This document shows positions 50,129 to 63,000 of a DNA stretch of 64,000 bases, in pieces (the first letter of the stretch is position 1; every line of letters begins with the position of its first letter). The notes beneath the pieces were generated by a model that was given only the letters and a program-made list of their open reading frames with translations, made no database searches and was not told the origin of the DNA. The stretch is from Raillietiella orientalis (Eukaryota), in the NCBI GenBank assembly GCA_036172245.1, contig JAYWIR010000024.1, positions 2,728,001-2,792,000 of the forward strand. Direction: 5' to 3'. Position numbers and translations under genes: made by a program.

Positions 50129-50427
50129 CCCGAAGTCCCCGGCCTCGTCCGGCGGATCTTCTTGAGAAAGCGCCGGGAGGAGGAGGAGAGCCCCGCGGTC
50201 TGGAGAGGGAGATCGACCCAGCCCCCTCCCAGTTCCTTCGCGAGCTGCAGGTGTCCTCCTGGTTCGAAGCAACTCCGGTGGAGATCGCCGGACAGAGGGC
50301 ATCGCCTAGCTCCTTCCGGACTTGTGGAGGAAACGGGACGGCTCCAGGAGACGGCCGGGACCGAGGGCAAGTCCAGGCTCCCTTGTCTGTCCCCGACCTG
50401 CCTACCCAGGCGTTTCCGGCAGCAGCC

Positions 50428-50433
50428 AATAAA
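50428..50433 (+). promoter_or_regulatory. Candidate polyadenylation signal of the gene
   Basis: First AATAAA seen after the stop codon (300 nt downstream) in otherwise GC-rich sequence. Confidence 0.35.
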
Positions 50434-51800
50434 GGAAGAGAAAGGGAAAGCAAAATCAGACCTCATCCCCTTCACCCCACCCACACGTCTAAAGATGAAG
50501 ATAAGCTGCGGGGTCCTCCATATCGCTCGGGAGTGGGCGCGCGCGTCGCCGCGGGCATCTGGCGGCAGCGCTCGAACGGTCGAGAGGGAGGCGGGGAGGA
50601 ACGGCGAGCGAGCGGGAGAGGAGGTGCGATGGCAGCGGTCACGCCTCCCTCTTCCGGTAGTGACCACGCTGGTGGCGCAAGGAGGAGCGGAAGACCTGCC
50701 CAGACACAAACCTCTCCCCCCCCTCCTTCCCATCTCATTGTTCCATCCTTTTCTCTTCCTCCCCTCCTTTCGCGCAAACCGCATCGATCCGAGTGGGGAG
50801 CAGCGGCGGCGACGTGGGCATGCGCTCCTCGCCTGTTTGTCCGCGTCCGCAAGCGGACAAAAGCTTCGGGCAGCGGGCAGGGAGGAAGCAGCTGGAAGCA
50901 GCTTCTCCACTCCCTTTCCCTTCCTTTCCTTCCCCTCTTCCTTCTTTCTTCGTCTCATTCAAGTCCGCTTCCAATCCATCCATTGCGTTCCCCAAGGAGC
51001 GCCCCACGCAGTGCCCGGTTGGTTGCTGGGACCTCCCGCTTCTCCTCACCACCCGCTTCCTTATTCCTGGGAAGCCCGGGCGCCTTCATCGTCGCTCCCT
51101 AAAACCGGAGCTCGCTTTCCGTTTCCAGAGTCCCAAGCTCGTCGCCCTAGGGGACGGAAAATCGCAGGCATCCCCGCGCAGGGTCGATCAGGCGACATCT
51201 CTCTGTCAAAACCGACTCAGCTGGCCGGGTGCAGTCCTTCGGCAGGGGGTCTCTGGAGCTGCTGGAAGCTCGGGAGAAACCACCGGCCCATTTCCCCTTC
51301 TCCCCCTCCTCTCTTCGTTTCTGACCCCCATTTCCGGGAGGAAAAAAAAGGGGGGGGGGAGGGAGGGGTGTTGCCCGGGGCAGCGAGCATCCGCTGCCAC
51401 CGAATCTTCTCCCCAGACGGGAGGCAGTGGTCCTACTCAGCAGATTGCTCCCCGCCGTCGTAGCCGCGGTGTCGACGGCAGCGGGGGCGAGGGATGTGTT
51501 GGGCATCCCCACAACGGAAATCTCCAGCTTCTCCCCAGGCAACGGAACGGAGGCCTGCTCGGTCTGGGCTAAGATGCCCTTGGCGCTCCAGAGGAAATGG
51601 AGACACCCCTGCAGCCATGGAAACCTATAGGTGCCGCCACCACCACAGACTCTCACTTTCCCGTCGAGGGAGGTGGTCGCGGAAAGACCGTTGGGTGGCC
51701 TCCAAGCCAATCACCCCTTATCAAGAAGGTCAGGACGCGCACGCGGACTCCCCTGGAGTCCTCCTGACCGGCGACCGAAGTCGCAGGGAGGAAGAAGGGG

Positions 51801-53350
51801 TTTTTCACCCGGTCACGCCGGGTCACGTTCATTTAATAGAAATGAACCAGTCGGGAACACACTGGTTCCCAGCCGAAGACAAAAGAAGTTCGAGGGGGGG
51901 TCCATCGACCAGGTAGGCCGGGGTATTTCCGGAACGAGGGAAGGGAAGAGGACAACAAAAAGAAAGGGAAATATGGGGAGATGGGGAGGGGTTCTGAGGT
52001 TTACTCCGCATGCACCGGGATCAACATACAAGAACTGGGAAAGTTACGGAGCGAAAGGGGGTGCGGAATGAGACCAAAAATAAAATAAAGAGAGGCTTAG
52101 GAAAAGGGGTCACTGGTGTCCTCTGTTCCTTCGTTTCAAAACTGACGCTGGTTGCAGGCGATCTCCCTTCACTTCGTGCAGGTGAGGCCACCTTGCAGCC
52201 GTCCTCATGTAGACTGCTGCCATCCCGGTGACCTCCCTCAGCTGCGTCGTTGTCTCGAGCGCATGGCAGACCGTGACGATGGCACTGCCAGCGTTGAGAT
52301 CACCGTGCCCGTCGCTCGGAGAGAAGAGTCGTCGCAGCAGGTCGCGAGCGGTGTCCTGGTGCAGGAGCGCTGACGCCAGCCTCCACCACAGTTCCGAGAG
52401 CAGGTGCGACGGGATCGACTCCGCCGAACCGCACCTGGAACACGACAGAAGTGGACACAGAAGTGCGCAAACATTGGGGAGGGATCACAAGTTCTCCGAG
52501 GACAACACTTAGAAGTTCACCCACTCCACCCAAGGAACTCCGTTGCCACGGTACGCGGAGTAGCAGCATCCACCAGCTCGCGCGCCTCCCAGCCGCCAAG
52601 TTCCATCCTTCCCGCGATGGTGCAAGAAAACTCCCATCTTGCCGGTAGACTACTGTGTTCGCTTGCCCTGAGGGCAGACGGCTCTGCGGCGGCGGGTGTG
52701 GTGGCCAGGGTCGACCACTTTACCGTGTCCTGCATCACCACTTCGAACGGTCGTGGTAGCAAATGTCGCCAGGGGCAAAGGTCCTCGACGTGCAATCCCT
52801 GAAATGCAGCCCAGGATTCAGTAATGTCCTGCCTCCAAGCATTGTAGTTCATTGGGCGGGAGGAAGGAGGCGGTGAGCGGAAAAGAAGAGTGCCTTCTGC
52901 ATTCGAGCGAGTTCCGGTTTTGCTGCTGCCGTTCCCGTAGCCCAAACCAGTGATGCCAAATCACGGGACGGCTGTGCGACCTGCCCGGTTGCGGACGCTA
53001 CGCGAGTTTCGGCCGCAGTCCGGGAACGAGCATCCACGGCGGCACGACGGACATCTAGCGGACTTTTCTAGTAGCAAGGGGGCAAGTCCAGTGCTGCCTC
53101 TCTACTGCGGACACCGGCACCTGTCGAAGCAATGCGCGCCGTCGCGGCCGAGATGGAAAAGAAGGTGCGGGGTCACGCTGCTCGCGTCTTGGGGGAAGCC
53201 CCGACTGAAGTTTCAAACCAGGAATACCTCCTAGCAACGTGAGTTCTCTCGGGTGCCGCTAGAGCGGTGGTTGGCAGCCTCTTTCCCTCTTTGCCGCATG
53301 TCCGTTTGAAAAGCGCGGTGCAGGCCACAACTTCAGGAAAAATGGATGCC
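51801..53350 (-). mobile_element. L1/Tx1-like 3' portion, related subfamily
   Basis: Minus frame near 52320-52440 reads CSRCGSAESIPSHLLSELWWRLASALL…RDLLRRLF (zinc-finger C-terminus, cf. the 57.6 kb copy). The terminal double-hairpin plus A5 tail is at 51801-51847. Confidence 0.65.
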
Positions 53351-53994
53351 TGTTGCTGGAATTTAGAGGACTTCTAAGTCCCAGGCAAATTTCCGTTCAT
53401 GCAAGCCCCAAATACCTCGGAACCTGGGAAACCTAGAAACGGGAGGCGAGCTCCTGGCTTTAGGAAGCGCCGATGAACACGCCTGGCTTCCCTGGAAAAA
53501 CGAAACGGCGGATGAGGAGGAACAAGAGGTCCCAACAACCAACAGCGGCCTGCGTGAACACAACAGATGAAATGGAAGAGGAGAAGGAACAGAGGAAGGG
53601 GAGGTGGAGGAGGAATGATAGAGTTGGAGGGATGGAAAAGGAAGAGAGCTTGAATGAGGGTTTCTCACAGGGTCCTCTGAGAAGTTTAGCGATATTAGCG
53701 CGCACGCATGCAAGCCCTTCCCCCCCCCCCCCCCTCACATCACATGTCCTATTAGGTGGGTTAGCTTACTCATAGCTAACCCACCTAATAGGTGGATTGG
53801 CTCACTCGATCCGTTGTTGGCGGTGGGATGGGTGCAGAGGGAAGAGAATGAGCGAGAAATAGTCTCCCTCCGTTAAACATGAGCCTGGACGGGTGCAAGA
53901 CGAGCGAGTTGGTGGACGCCGCCACTCCTCGTTTCCGGGAAAAGGGAGTCCTTCGGTGGGGTGACCTGCTTGGTTTAACACCTGGTGTGTAGTA

Positions 53995-54512
53995 TAAAAA
54001 TAATAAACATGCAGGTGTAGGACCATCGTCCCTAAATCGTCCGAAAATGTCCCCAACCTGCCGAGTAACCGGCACGCAGGCCGGCGAGGTTCGCCTCGGC
54101 AGCGGAGGGGGAAGGGGCAAACAAAAATAAAAATCAATGACAAACCTGACGCGCTTGATATGCCCCCCGAAGAACTCGTGGTCCCTTCCCTGTGTTTGGG
54201 CACCTCCGTGTTCCCTCTCCGGTAGAAACACCACTCCACAGTCGCAGCAAGTTCGGAGGCCACCGCTACGAACTTGCTGCGACGCCTCTTCACCGGAGGT
54301 GGGCTGAAGAATGGTGCTGTGATGGCAATAGTCGGTTGCATCCGCGCCATAGTGACAGCTCGCCATGTGTTGGAGCCAGGTTTGCAGCGAAGAGAGGCCA
54401 CCAGCATGGCAGCAGCCCTCATGGGGCAGCAACAAGGTAGCCTCATCTTCCAGAAGTCGCCAATGAGATCGTCCAGGGCTGCTTCTAGAAGGAAAAAAAC
54501 GTCTTCAACCAA
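53995..54512 (-). mobile_element. L1/Tx1-like 3' UTR-containing fragment
   Basis: 54058-54115 matches the 3' UTR motif of 57182-57240 and 33804-33850 (ctgccg…ggcacgcaggcc…cctcggcagc.gagggg). Confidence 0.65.
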
Positions 54513-54519
54513 AGACCCC

Positions 54520-54766
54520 TGTCGCCGCCCTCTCGTCTATTTTCGTCTATTTTTTGTCCCCTCCCTCCGTTCCCTACTTTTTCAAAAAACACCGAAGCCA
54601 GTCTCCGCCACAAGTCCTTCAGGGCACTGCAGTCCAACAAAAGGTGCGGTCATCCCAAATGGACTTCTTCGTTTCTGTGGCATCCCTTGTATTGAGGGGG
54701 TGCCATTCCTCCCGGACTTGTAGTCTGTTTCTTTTAAATAAACGTCCCCGCGTCACCGGGTGAAAA
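54520..54766 (+). mobile_element. Short L1/Tx1-like 3' terminus in + orientation
   Basis: Ends in aaataaacgtccccgcgtcaccgggtgaaaa, matching the terminal motif of the minus-strand copies at 51801 and 57084. Confidence 0.55.
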
Positions 54767-57083
54767 TCTCGAGGTTGTAACCTCCGTTAAATGATCCATG
54801 AAACACGAAACACTTTCTTAGAAAAGCGTGCACAGTGACGTGGGCGGAAGCTTAGCAACCAGTTCGGCCCCAACCGGAACAAAGTCTCCGCTTCATCCGA
54901 GTCCGTAACTCGCCATTTGTCTCCCTCAGGTAGGTCGGACCTCTTGTTTAGCACGAGGTGCGCAAGCTGCACCCCTTCCTTAGTCGTCGAAACAGTAAGA
55001 ATTCAACCGCCACACGCCTCAGTGGACCTCAGTAATCCTCCTTCCCTACAAACGAGCACGCACCAAGGAAAACACCAATCAAGCGAAAGGAGGGGGGAAT
55101 GGAAATTTTCATTAATTGGTTGTTCGCCGTTGTGGCTGCTCGGAAATGCATCTTGACGAGATCTCCGTAACCGCTTCTCTTTCGTAAGCGTGGTTCGGAT
55201 CAGCACGGGATTGGGAATCATTAATGAGGAGGTGCTGGCTGTGAAGATTTTCCGCTAGGAAGTGTCTCAATGGTGTGTGTGCGTCTCGTCTCGTCTTCCG
55301 CAAGAAGTGCAGCTGCAAACAGAGCACCCACGCTGTTCGGGCACGTCCTTTTACAGCAGCACGTTTTCCTGTGGAAAAAATGGGAAACTCCGGCGGAGGC
55401 AGGGAACTGCATCCGATGATCCCCAGCGAATCGTCGGCTTACGTCATGCAGCAGCTACCCTGAATGTCGAAAAGTTGAAGGAGCAACCCCTTCGTCGCAC
55501 TGGGAACGGAGCAGAAAACGGTTGTACTTCTTCCACCTCGGCATCTATTCGGACCTCGAGCCTGCTTCCCCAATTCTCCAAGCTTTTGGCGTTCCCTCTC
55601 GTGCTGCACGCACGCCGGATGCTGGATTCGCTGCTTGTGAGATGAGGAAACATTGGGAAGACGGGTTCCCCCCCCCCCCCCCGGCAGGTACTGCCGTGGA
55701 ACGAGCTGAGCAGCTGCGCGGGACCCAAATGAAGATCCCGCTAAATGAGAGGTGACGTCCACGTGAAACGCGAGATCGAAGAAGGCCAGGCGCTCTTTTC
55801 GCATTTCTGGTACCGGCCCCTTCGGTATCCACGATCAACTTCATCTCTCCTCTCAGCCCTCGCTGATGCTTTCACGTTATACCTTTACCGGACTAATCAG
55901 ATTCAGGCGTTTGCCATCCCGGGCAAATGTTACTCCTGGCGCTGCTGAACTCTGGTTCGACCGTCCTGGGAGCTTGGCGCTTTGCCGCCGTATCGAGCAC
56001 CAGCAATGTCTTCGCGCCCCGTGTTTTTCGAAGCCACTGACGGATCCTCTTCTGCAGCTGCGCTCGCAGATCTCGCAGGTCCCGACCCTCGACGAATGGT
56101 TGATTCCGCTCCCTCGAACAAGCCTTTCCCGTGGTGGCACCCCGAAACCGGAACCGGCGGAAGAACGTTCTCGAAAACACCGATCCCGCGAAAATATCGA
56201 TCTTTCTCTCCGTTTTCCACCTCCTTCGCCGAAAGCTGACGGCAGAGGTGCACTTGCGATGGCAGCCGCCGCCGGCGCGTGCTAAAGGGGGGAACGGAGA
56301 TCTGGCGCCTCTCGCATACGGGAGCGCCTCACATGCCGAGCAGACCGGTCCTGGTCCCGTCGATTCCTTGCAGATGCAGTTCTGCGGGACAAACGAACTT
56401 TCGCGAGCAAATGAACTTCGTCCGGGCTTTACATCTTAGCAGCTGTCACAAGGCAGTTCTTCGACTTCCCTTTGCGAGTGTGGTCCAAGATGCTCAGCGG
56501 TTCGCTCGGCCATCGCATTGCTTGGCTACGCCGTGACGTCGTGATTGAGATCTCTCCGTCAAGTGCTGCTGCGTTCCATGGTTTGTATCGAGCAGCACGT
56601 CTTTCCCGTGCTCCCAGCTTTGTCAGCAATGCTTCCGAAGAGTTTTGCGCTGACTTGGCGATTTTTTTCGTTTTTCTTTTTTTTTTTGGGGGGGGGGGGG
56701 GGGGGTCCCGTAGAGACAGCAACGGATGTACGGCAAATCAGGCATGCAGCCTTCTCACTCATTCCTATGAAGGAAAATTCCCGAGTCCAAGGCAGGGAGA
56801 GGATCACACTCCGGAAAGCGCTCGCCGCACAAATTTCCCCTCTTCCTGGATGCTAATGTTGCGTGTTTCGGGAAGAACTATCAAACTCGATTTGCAACAT
56901 TATGCATAAATTCCCAACGGGGAAGAAGGGTTCATGCATTCACGACACAAAGTGCCCGAATTCCAGCGTCCTTTCCTGCTCCCCCGCTTCGAGGCTCACG
57001 GCTCACCGGAACGCAAACATCCTGCGGGACTGCACACGTTGCCGCCCGACAGGAAGTCGTCCACGTTTCCATCGACGACTTTC

Positions 57084-60000
57084 TTTTTAAACCCGGTACG
57101 CCGGGACGTTTATTTTTTCAAATAAACTCATATAAACTGTGACTGGACCAGTAGTCCAGCCACGCCCTGGAAACATTCAGCCTGCCGGGCTACCGGTGCA
57201 CAGACCGGCGCGGTCGACCTCGGCAGCAGAGGGGAGGGGGAATCAAAGAAAAAGAAAACCAAAAAATTAACAAAACCGGGGAGGGAGCGGGAAGGGATCA
57301 CTGTCTGCTGGGAGGGTCCGTCATCCTCTGGAGGATGCCGGCAAGCTGTCGCTGAATGGTGGGTTCCATATGGGGCCATCGCGTCGCCATCCTCAGGAAA
57401 CGGGCGGCGTACACGGTGGCGTCCCTGTCGCTGGACCCTCCCGTCGCTTTGTTCCAGGCCACGACGATCCCGCGTAGGCAGCACAGGGCTGCAAGCGAGG
57501 CCGCCGGAGGCAGAGCATCACGGACGAAGAGGGGGCGCAAAGCGTCTCTGGGGTTGCCTCCGGGGACCCCCAGGGCTGCGGCAAAGCGTTCCCACAAGGG
57601 ACGGAGGGCAACACATTCCACTAGCAGGTGGGGGAGGTATTCCCTCTCCCCGCACCTGACACAATTGGGGTTGACACCCCCCCGCGTCCAGTGGTGTCGG
57701 CGGGCGTTGCAGGGGAGGCCCCAATGCAACTCCAGGAGTGCCGACTGTTGCCATTTCATGGGGAGGGTGCGCGAGTCCATGAGCACCGGGGGCCACTCCA
57801 GATGTTCCTCCGGAACATCCAGTAGCTCGCCCCAGCGCAAGAGTCCGTGTGGGGTGGTCCTCGGGGTCGCAGCGTTGGTGAGCTGACCCGTTCTCCAATC
57901 CCCGATCTTCTTTGCCCTGCTGGCGATCTTGACAGTAACCTCCCATTGTGCCGCGACGTTGCTGCCCTGATGTTCCCGTAGGGTAGGCAGTACCGCAGCA
58001 AGGGAGGTTCTTTGAGCCCACGCTCTCCTTCGGGGATCCTCGACGACTTTCGAATGCGTGCGGAATGCAGGATATACGTGGAGCAGCCTCGTGGTGGCGA
58101 AGGAGGTCCGGTCGATTCCAATTTCCCAGACTCGAGGGGCCGCCACTGCGCCAGTCTGCCGACCAGGAAAGCCACCCGACGAATGGAATGTCGCCAACAC
58201 GGGGGTGCCGGTGCGGCCACCTTCGTCGTGGACAACTGCTCCAGGCTACTGGACGGTCGCAGTGGGATTCCTTGCTGAAGAAACTGGACGGGAAGGCTTT
58301 GCCACAGGGCAGGCATCGCCACTTCTGCAGGTCTGGCCGCAAGGGAGGATCCGCTTCGGGAACTCGGCGGTTGGCTGAGTCCATCCAGCAGCCGTGGTTG
58401 TGACTTCAACTGTTGCATCCTCTCTGTGCAGCGGCGCGTTTCGGATCATCCAAAGCGGCATACAGTGCCCCTGGACCACGATTAATTCCAGAGCTCGTTT
58501 CGTGAAATGTCCTGCCAGCTTCCACGAACCTTGATTTCGTTTCCCTCTCTTGTTAGCAAGCCTCATCGGTAGAGCTTCCCCGAACGCCATCACGCGGCTT
58601 CTCAGCTCAGATGCCCACCAAGCTTTTCCTCTTCGAGCACAAGGCTTATCTAGCTTCAGACAGCGAGGCTGGGAGCGAGAGATACAGAAGATCCTGCAGC
58701 TTGTGCAAGAAGCAACCCTTCCCGCGTAGTCCGGAACCCAGGGAACGCCGCGCCCCTTGCTGGTGGCAGTCGAGAGATGGTATCCGCGTGAGGCCATCCT
58801 AGCTCCGATGACTCTCAGATAGAGATCTGTGGGATGAAGTCAAGGGCCTCGTGCTGTCACAACCACCGGAATGCGAGTGTCAAGGGGTGGTGGGAGAGCA
58901 CGGCTCATGAGCAAGGATCATCTCTTATCAGTACACGCACCTGTCGAGGTGCTCGGAAAGTTCCCAAGAAAACCGCACAAGAGGGGTTCAGTAGTTGCTC
59001 CTTGGACCAGGGGCAAGCGCAGCGTTGCATCCATATCGGCAGTGTTGAAGCGTCGTTCAAAATGGTGAAGCCATCTATCTGGAATAGTGCACTCTCTCTT
59101 CTCTGCTTATGAATTCTTTGGATTCCTGCCTTGGAAACTCCTGGCTTTTTGCCGAACTTCCCGATGTCCGGATCCTTGCACTTTAATGGCCACCAGTGAC
59201 CTTATCTTCGAAGAATAATCGAAGAACCTCGGGGTGGTGGGCTCAGAGGCAAACCCTTAACTGTCACTGAGGTTGCTTTCCCCCCGTGTTCTGAAGTGCC
59301 GCACAGATAACCTTCGAGCATCTTAATTTCATATGCAGCTACACCTCAGTTTTGTTCTCACGTTGTTCTGCGGAAGCTGCCGACCCTCGAGGAACCTGTT
59401 GCGCTTTTCTTCCCAAGGGAATCGCCGAATTGTCTCAAGGGGAAGCCCTTGTGACTTTTGGGGCTTCTTGTCCGTTGAAAACGCGCACTTCCTCATCTCT
59501 GCCATGATGCAGGATGAAAGGTCTTGTAAATAGGCTCTTGACTCTCTGGATAAGTGGACGCTAAGAACTTAGCGCGCTTTCTCGTGAATGAAGATGTGGG
59601 TACCTCATCATATGTTGCTCATTTGTCTTGCAGGATATTGTGTGTGTGTGTCTGTGTATGCATGTGTGTGTGTGTGTGTATGGTGATGGTGACCACCTGC
59701 CAGCTCAGTTTTCAATCTACCCTCACAAGTGTTGCGCTGTAACTTGAAGGTGGTGAAGCGCACGAATCTGAACAGCTCCTGTATTCGTTGTGTCTCCCAG
59801 TTTCCCACTTTTTTGTCCAACTTCATGTCCACGTGTGCGCTGAGCAGTGGAATTCCCCAGGAGATCGCCAGATCTTGTTGGACATTCCGAATGTACCCCG
59901 AGGCGCAAGAAATCATGAAGCAGATCAGCATATCATGCACCAGGCAAATAAGAGATGGGTCATCAGGCAACTGCGCGCGTGAAATCTCGTCAAAGGCGAC

Positions 60001-63000
60001 AGTCCGTGCAGATGCACGCATCTCTGCACTTTTGCTTTGTGTAAGGGAGCGCTCCTTCCGGTACATACAATGCACTCAGATGTGCCCGCACTCTTGAACC
60101 CTGACGGAGATGCACGCCCCACGGGCCCCTCGCCAGTTATCCAAAGGGTTGCTCCGTGAAACCGCGCGTCTCCGGAAGGAGGCGATTGCGATGGGAATGG
60201 GGAAACGGGAAGGAGCGACGGCCTCCACGGCGACACCGGTCGCGTGGAACTAAACAAGTCGGCTGCTGGACCACGTATCGGCCTCCTGCTCGTCGGCGTC
60301 TCTGTTCGTTGAGGGCGTGAAACAGCACGGATGCTCCCTCGGAGAGCCCCCCCGTGCGTTCGACCAAGAGAGAGCAATGCCTTCCTTTCAGGAAGGAGCA
60401 AGTAAAGTTCGGTCTTGGACCGAAAATTGCAAGTCTCCAAGGGAGACGAACTGGAAACCAATGGCCAGTCGTGAAAGTCGCAAAAGTGCTTTTCGCTCCC
60501 ATCTTCGATCATCACTGCGAACTGGTTTTCCACCTGCACGCTACTCCGAGAGGGGGGTGGGTGGATCGATTTCAGATAATACACTCTGCAAGCCGGTAGT
60601 TTACGGCTCCTTTGGCATCCACTTGAGGACAGGTCCACGGCTTCGTTGGATATACAACCTATCTATTTGAGACAGACTGTGTGGGTGTGTGTGTGTGGAT
60701 TTCTTTTAGGTCGAGACGAGCTGAGATTCCGTAACCACTACTGCCCGTTCCTCCAGATCTTCGAGCTCACAGGTGCCTCCGGCGCACCTGTCCACTCTCG
60801 ATGCCGGACGCATGAAGTGAAGTGGCAAACTCTGTGTGCACAACCCACTTGAAATTAGCACACCACTCTGCACCAGTGCGAGAGTCTCCGCTACAGATGA
60901 TCAGAGAAACTGTCTGCGTTGATGGAGTTTCGAAAAATGGGCATCTTTGACGGTAGATCGCTCTGTAAAGCAGACGATCCTTTCAGTTCAGGCAGCGGAA
61001 GTGCTCGATTTTTTTTTCCTGGAATCCGAAAGGATAAATGAACCATTTAGTGAGCCTGCTTGATGACTGGGAGGAGTAAGGTTGAAGTTTTGGTTGGGTC
61101 GAAGAGCAGGGTCTTGCATTCACGAATAATAGGATTGTTTGAATTTTTCCTCCCAATGCTAATGAAGATCTTTTCCCTGTATCCAGTTTTGGTACGCATT
61201 CCTTTCGCTCTTCAGAAAAGCGCCGAAATGAGCCCCTCTGGTGGATTGAAATCAGCGGGTATCGAATTCCTCTGTCAAAGCTTCTTTCCGACACTCGGCA
61301 TGAGCCGACAAATCTGACGTCAAGGTTTCCGAAGAAATTCGAAAACTCCAAAAACTGACGTTCAGGGATTGAGAGACAACTCGTGATGAGAGGTGCTCAT
61401 CCGAAAAACCGGTTCTCCATCAAAATGGGATGCAACGGAAAGGAGGGTAAATAGAAAACACGTTTGCAGTCTGCACTGCTGCCAAGACCTTGACACTTGG
61501 GGCTGATCCGGTACGGTGCGTACCACGAGTGCTCCAAGAAAGAAATTGGAAGCCATCGGGGAGCTCGGGAGGAGGGGGAAGGGGAACTGCGCCGACCATG
61601 GGGATCGCCCAGGATGCCTGCCCAGGTTCCCGGAAGCTCCTGGAGGCGCGGACCTGGAAGTGGACGAGTTTAAAGAGTTGTGAGAATGGAGCCGCGTCAT
61701 CGCTTACCATGGAGCTGGTTGTACTGTCCTTTTGCGGTAGTGGGAAGACTTGTAGCGGGAGAAGCAAAGGTGTGGTTTTCGGGAAAAGCATCAGAAAAGA
61801 AATGCCGTTTTGGGTCACCACGAGTCATTGTATGAGCGAACCACCAAAATCCGCGACGGTTCAACATTTCAAACTGATTAATGGGTCAAGGAAAGTGCTA
61901 TGGTCGCAGGCACAGAAGATGAGTTGGGTCGAAACGAAATTGTGACGGGATCACGCGATACCCCCGCGGCCTGTCCGTTTCTCCGGAAACGTCCAAGGGA
62001 GCTGAGAAGTCTTAGTCACAAGAGCAGATCGCACTGGATGATGGAGGTGCTGACAATTGAAGAATTTTCATAGAGGAGGCAGGAAAAATGAAGCCTTCAG
62101 GAGATATGGAAGACTTGTCGGTTAGCACTGTGGCTGGGCACCGAGGCGCTCATCTTCGCATGATGTGCGATCAGAGACTGTTGAACTTCACCTTGCAGTG
62201 CAATGCAACCGACAACTTGACAGCTGTTCAGGCATAAAGATTTTTTTCTTTCTCTTTTTGGTTCGCTAAGTGCAGAAGAACCGTTCGCACACTCAAAGAG
62301 GGCTCACGGAGCTCTTTAACACTGTCCACGTCACCCGAGGGTGCGAGTTCACTCTCCAAGTTAGGGGGGATACCCCGGGAGGAGACGACCCTATGAATCC
62401 AGAGAGACCTCCTCAAGAAGGAGTCCGTTCGTCTCACGCTTGGGAGGCAACCCCGAAGGGAACCCTCGCCCTGGTTGTCGCTGAAGGGAATCTCGAAGGG
62501 ATACCTCCAAATTTCTCTGAAGGGATGGTTCTGGGAAGCGCGAGTGACGAGCAAGCAGGCTGCAACAAGCTGGAGGAGGATGTGCTGTGAGCAGATCAAC
62601 TCAAAGCCGTAAACGTGGGACGGTCTTCGAGACAACCGTCTTCCCGGCTCGCGACTGCCTTCGGAAAAGAAGCACCATCCGAGATAGTCCTCTCGGAGGA
62701 TGGGAATCTCCGGCTTTCCTTGCGAAGGGGGCCAAGAAAAAATTCCAGGAAGAGTGGATCGGATCTGAAACTCCCACAAGGAAGAAACTCCATCTAAGAA
62801 GAAGGAAAATTAGAGGAGTGGTACCGCCTATCGAAACTGAAACGAGCCAGCGGTGGATCAGAAAGTTCCATAAGACCAGGAGGCAATGGAGCAGCTCCAT
62901 GTGGAATCCCATCCTGTGACAAATCGACCATCAGTGAACACCAAGATACGCATCAAGTGCTGCTGCCGATCGTCCTTTGCTTTTTGCGGATCACAACGAC

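Noticed and set aside
33690..57090. Tx1-style target-site specificity of the LINE insertions
   Set aside because: The four 3' flanks share no convincing sequence (only a short GTCGTC in two of them).
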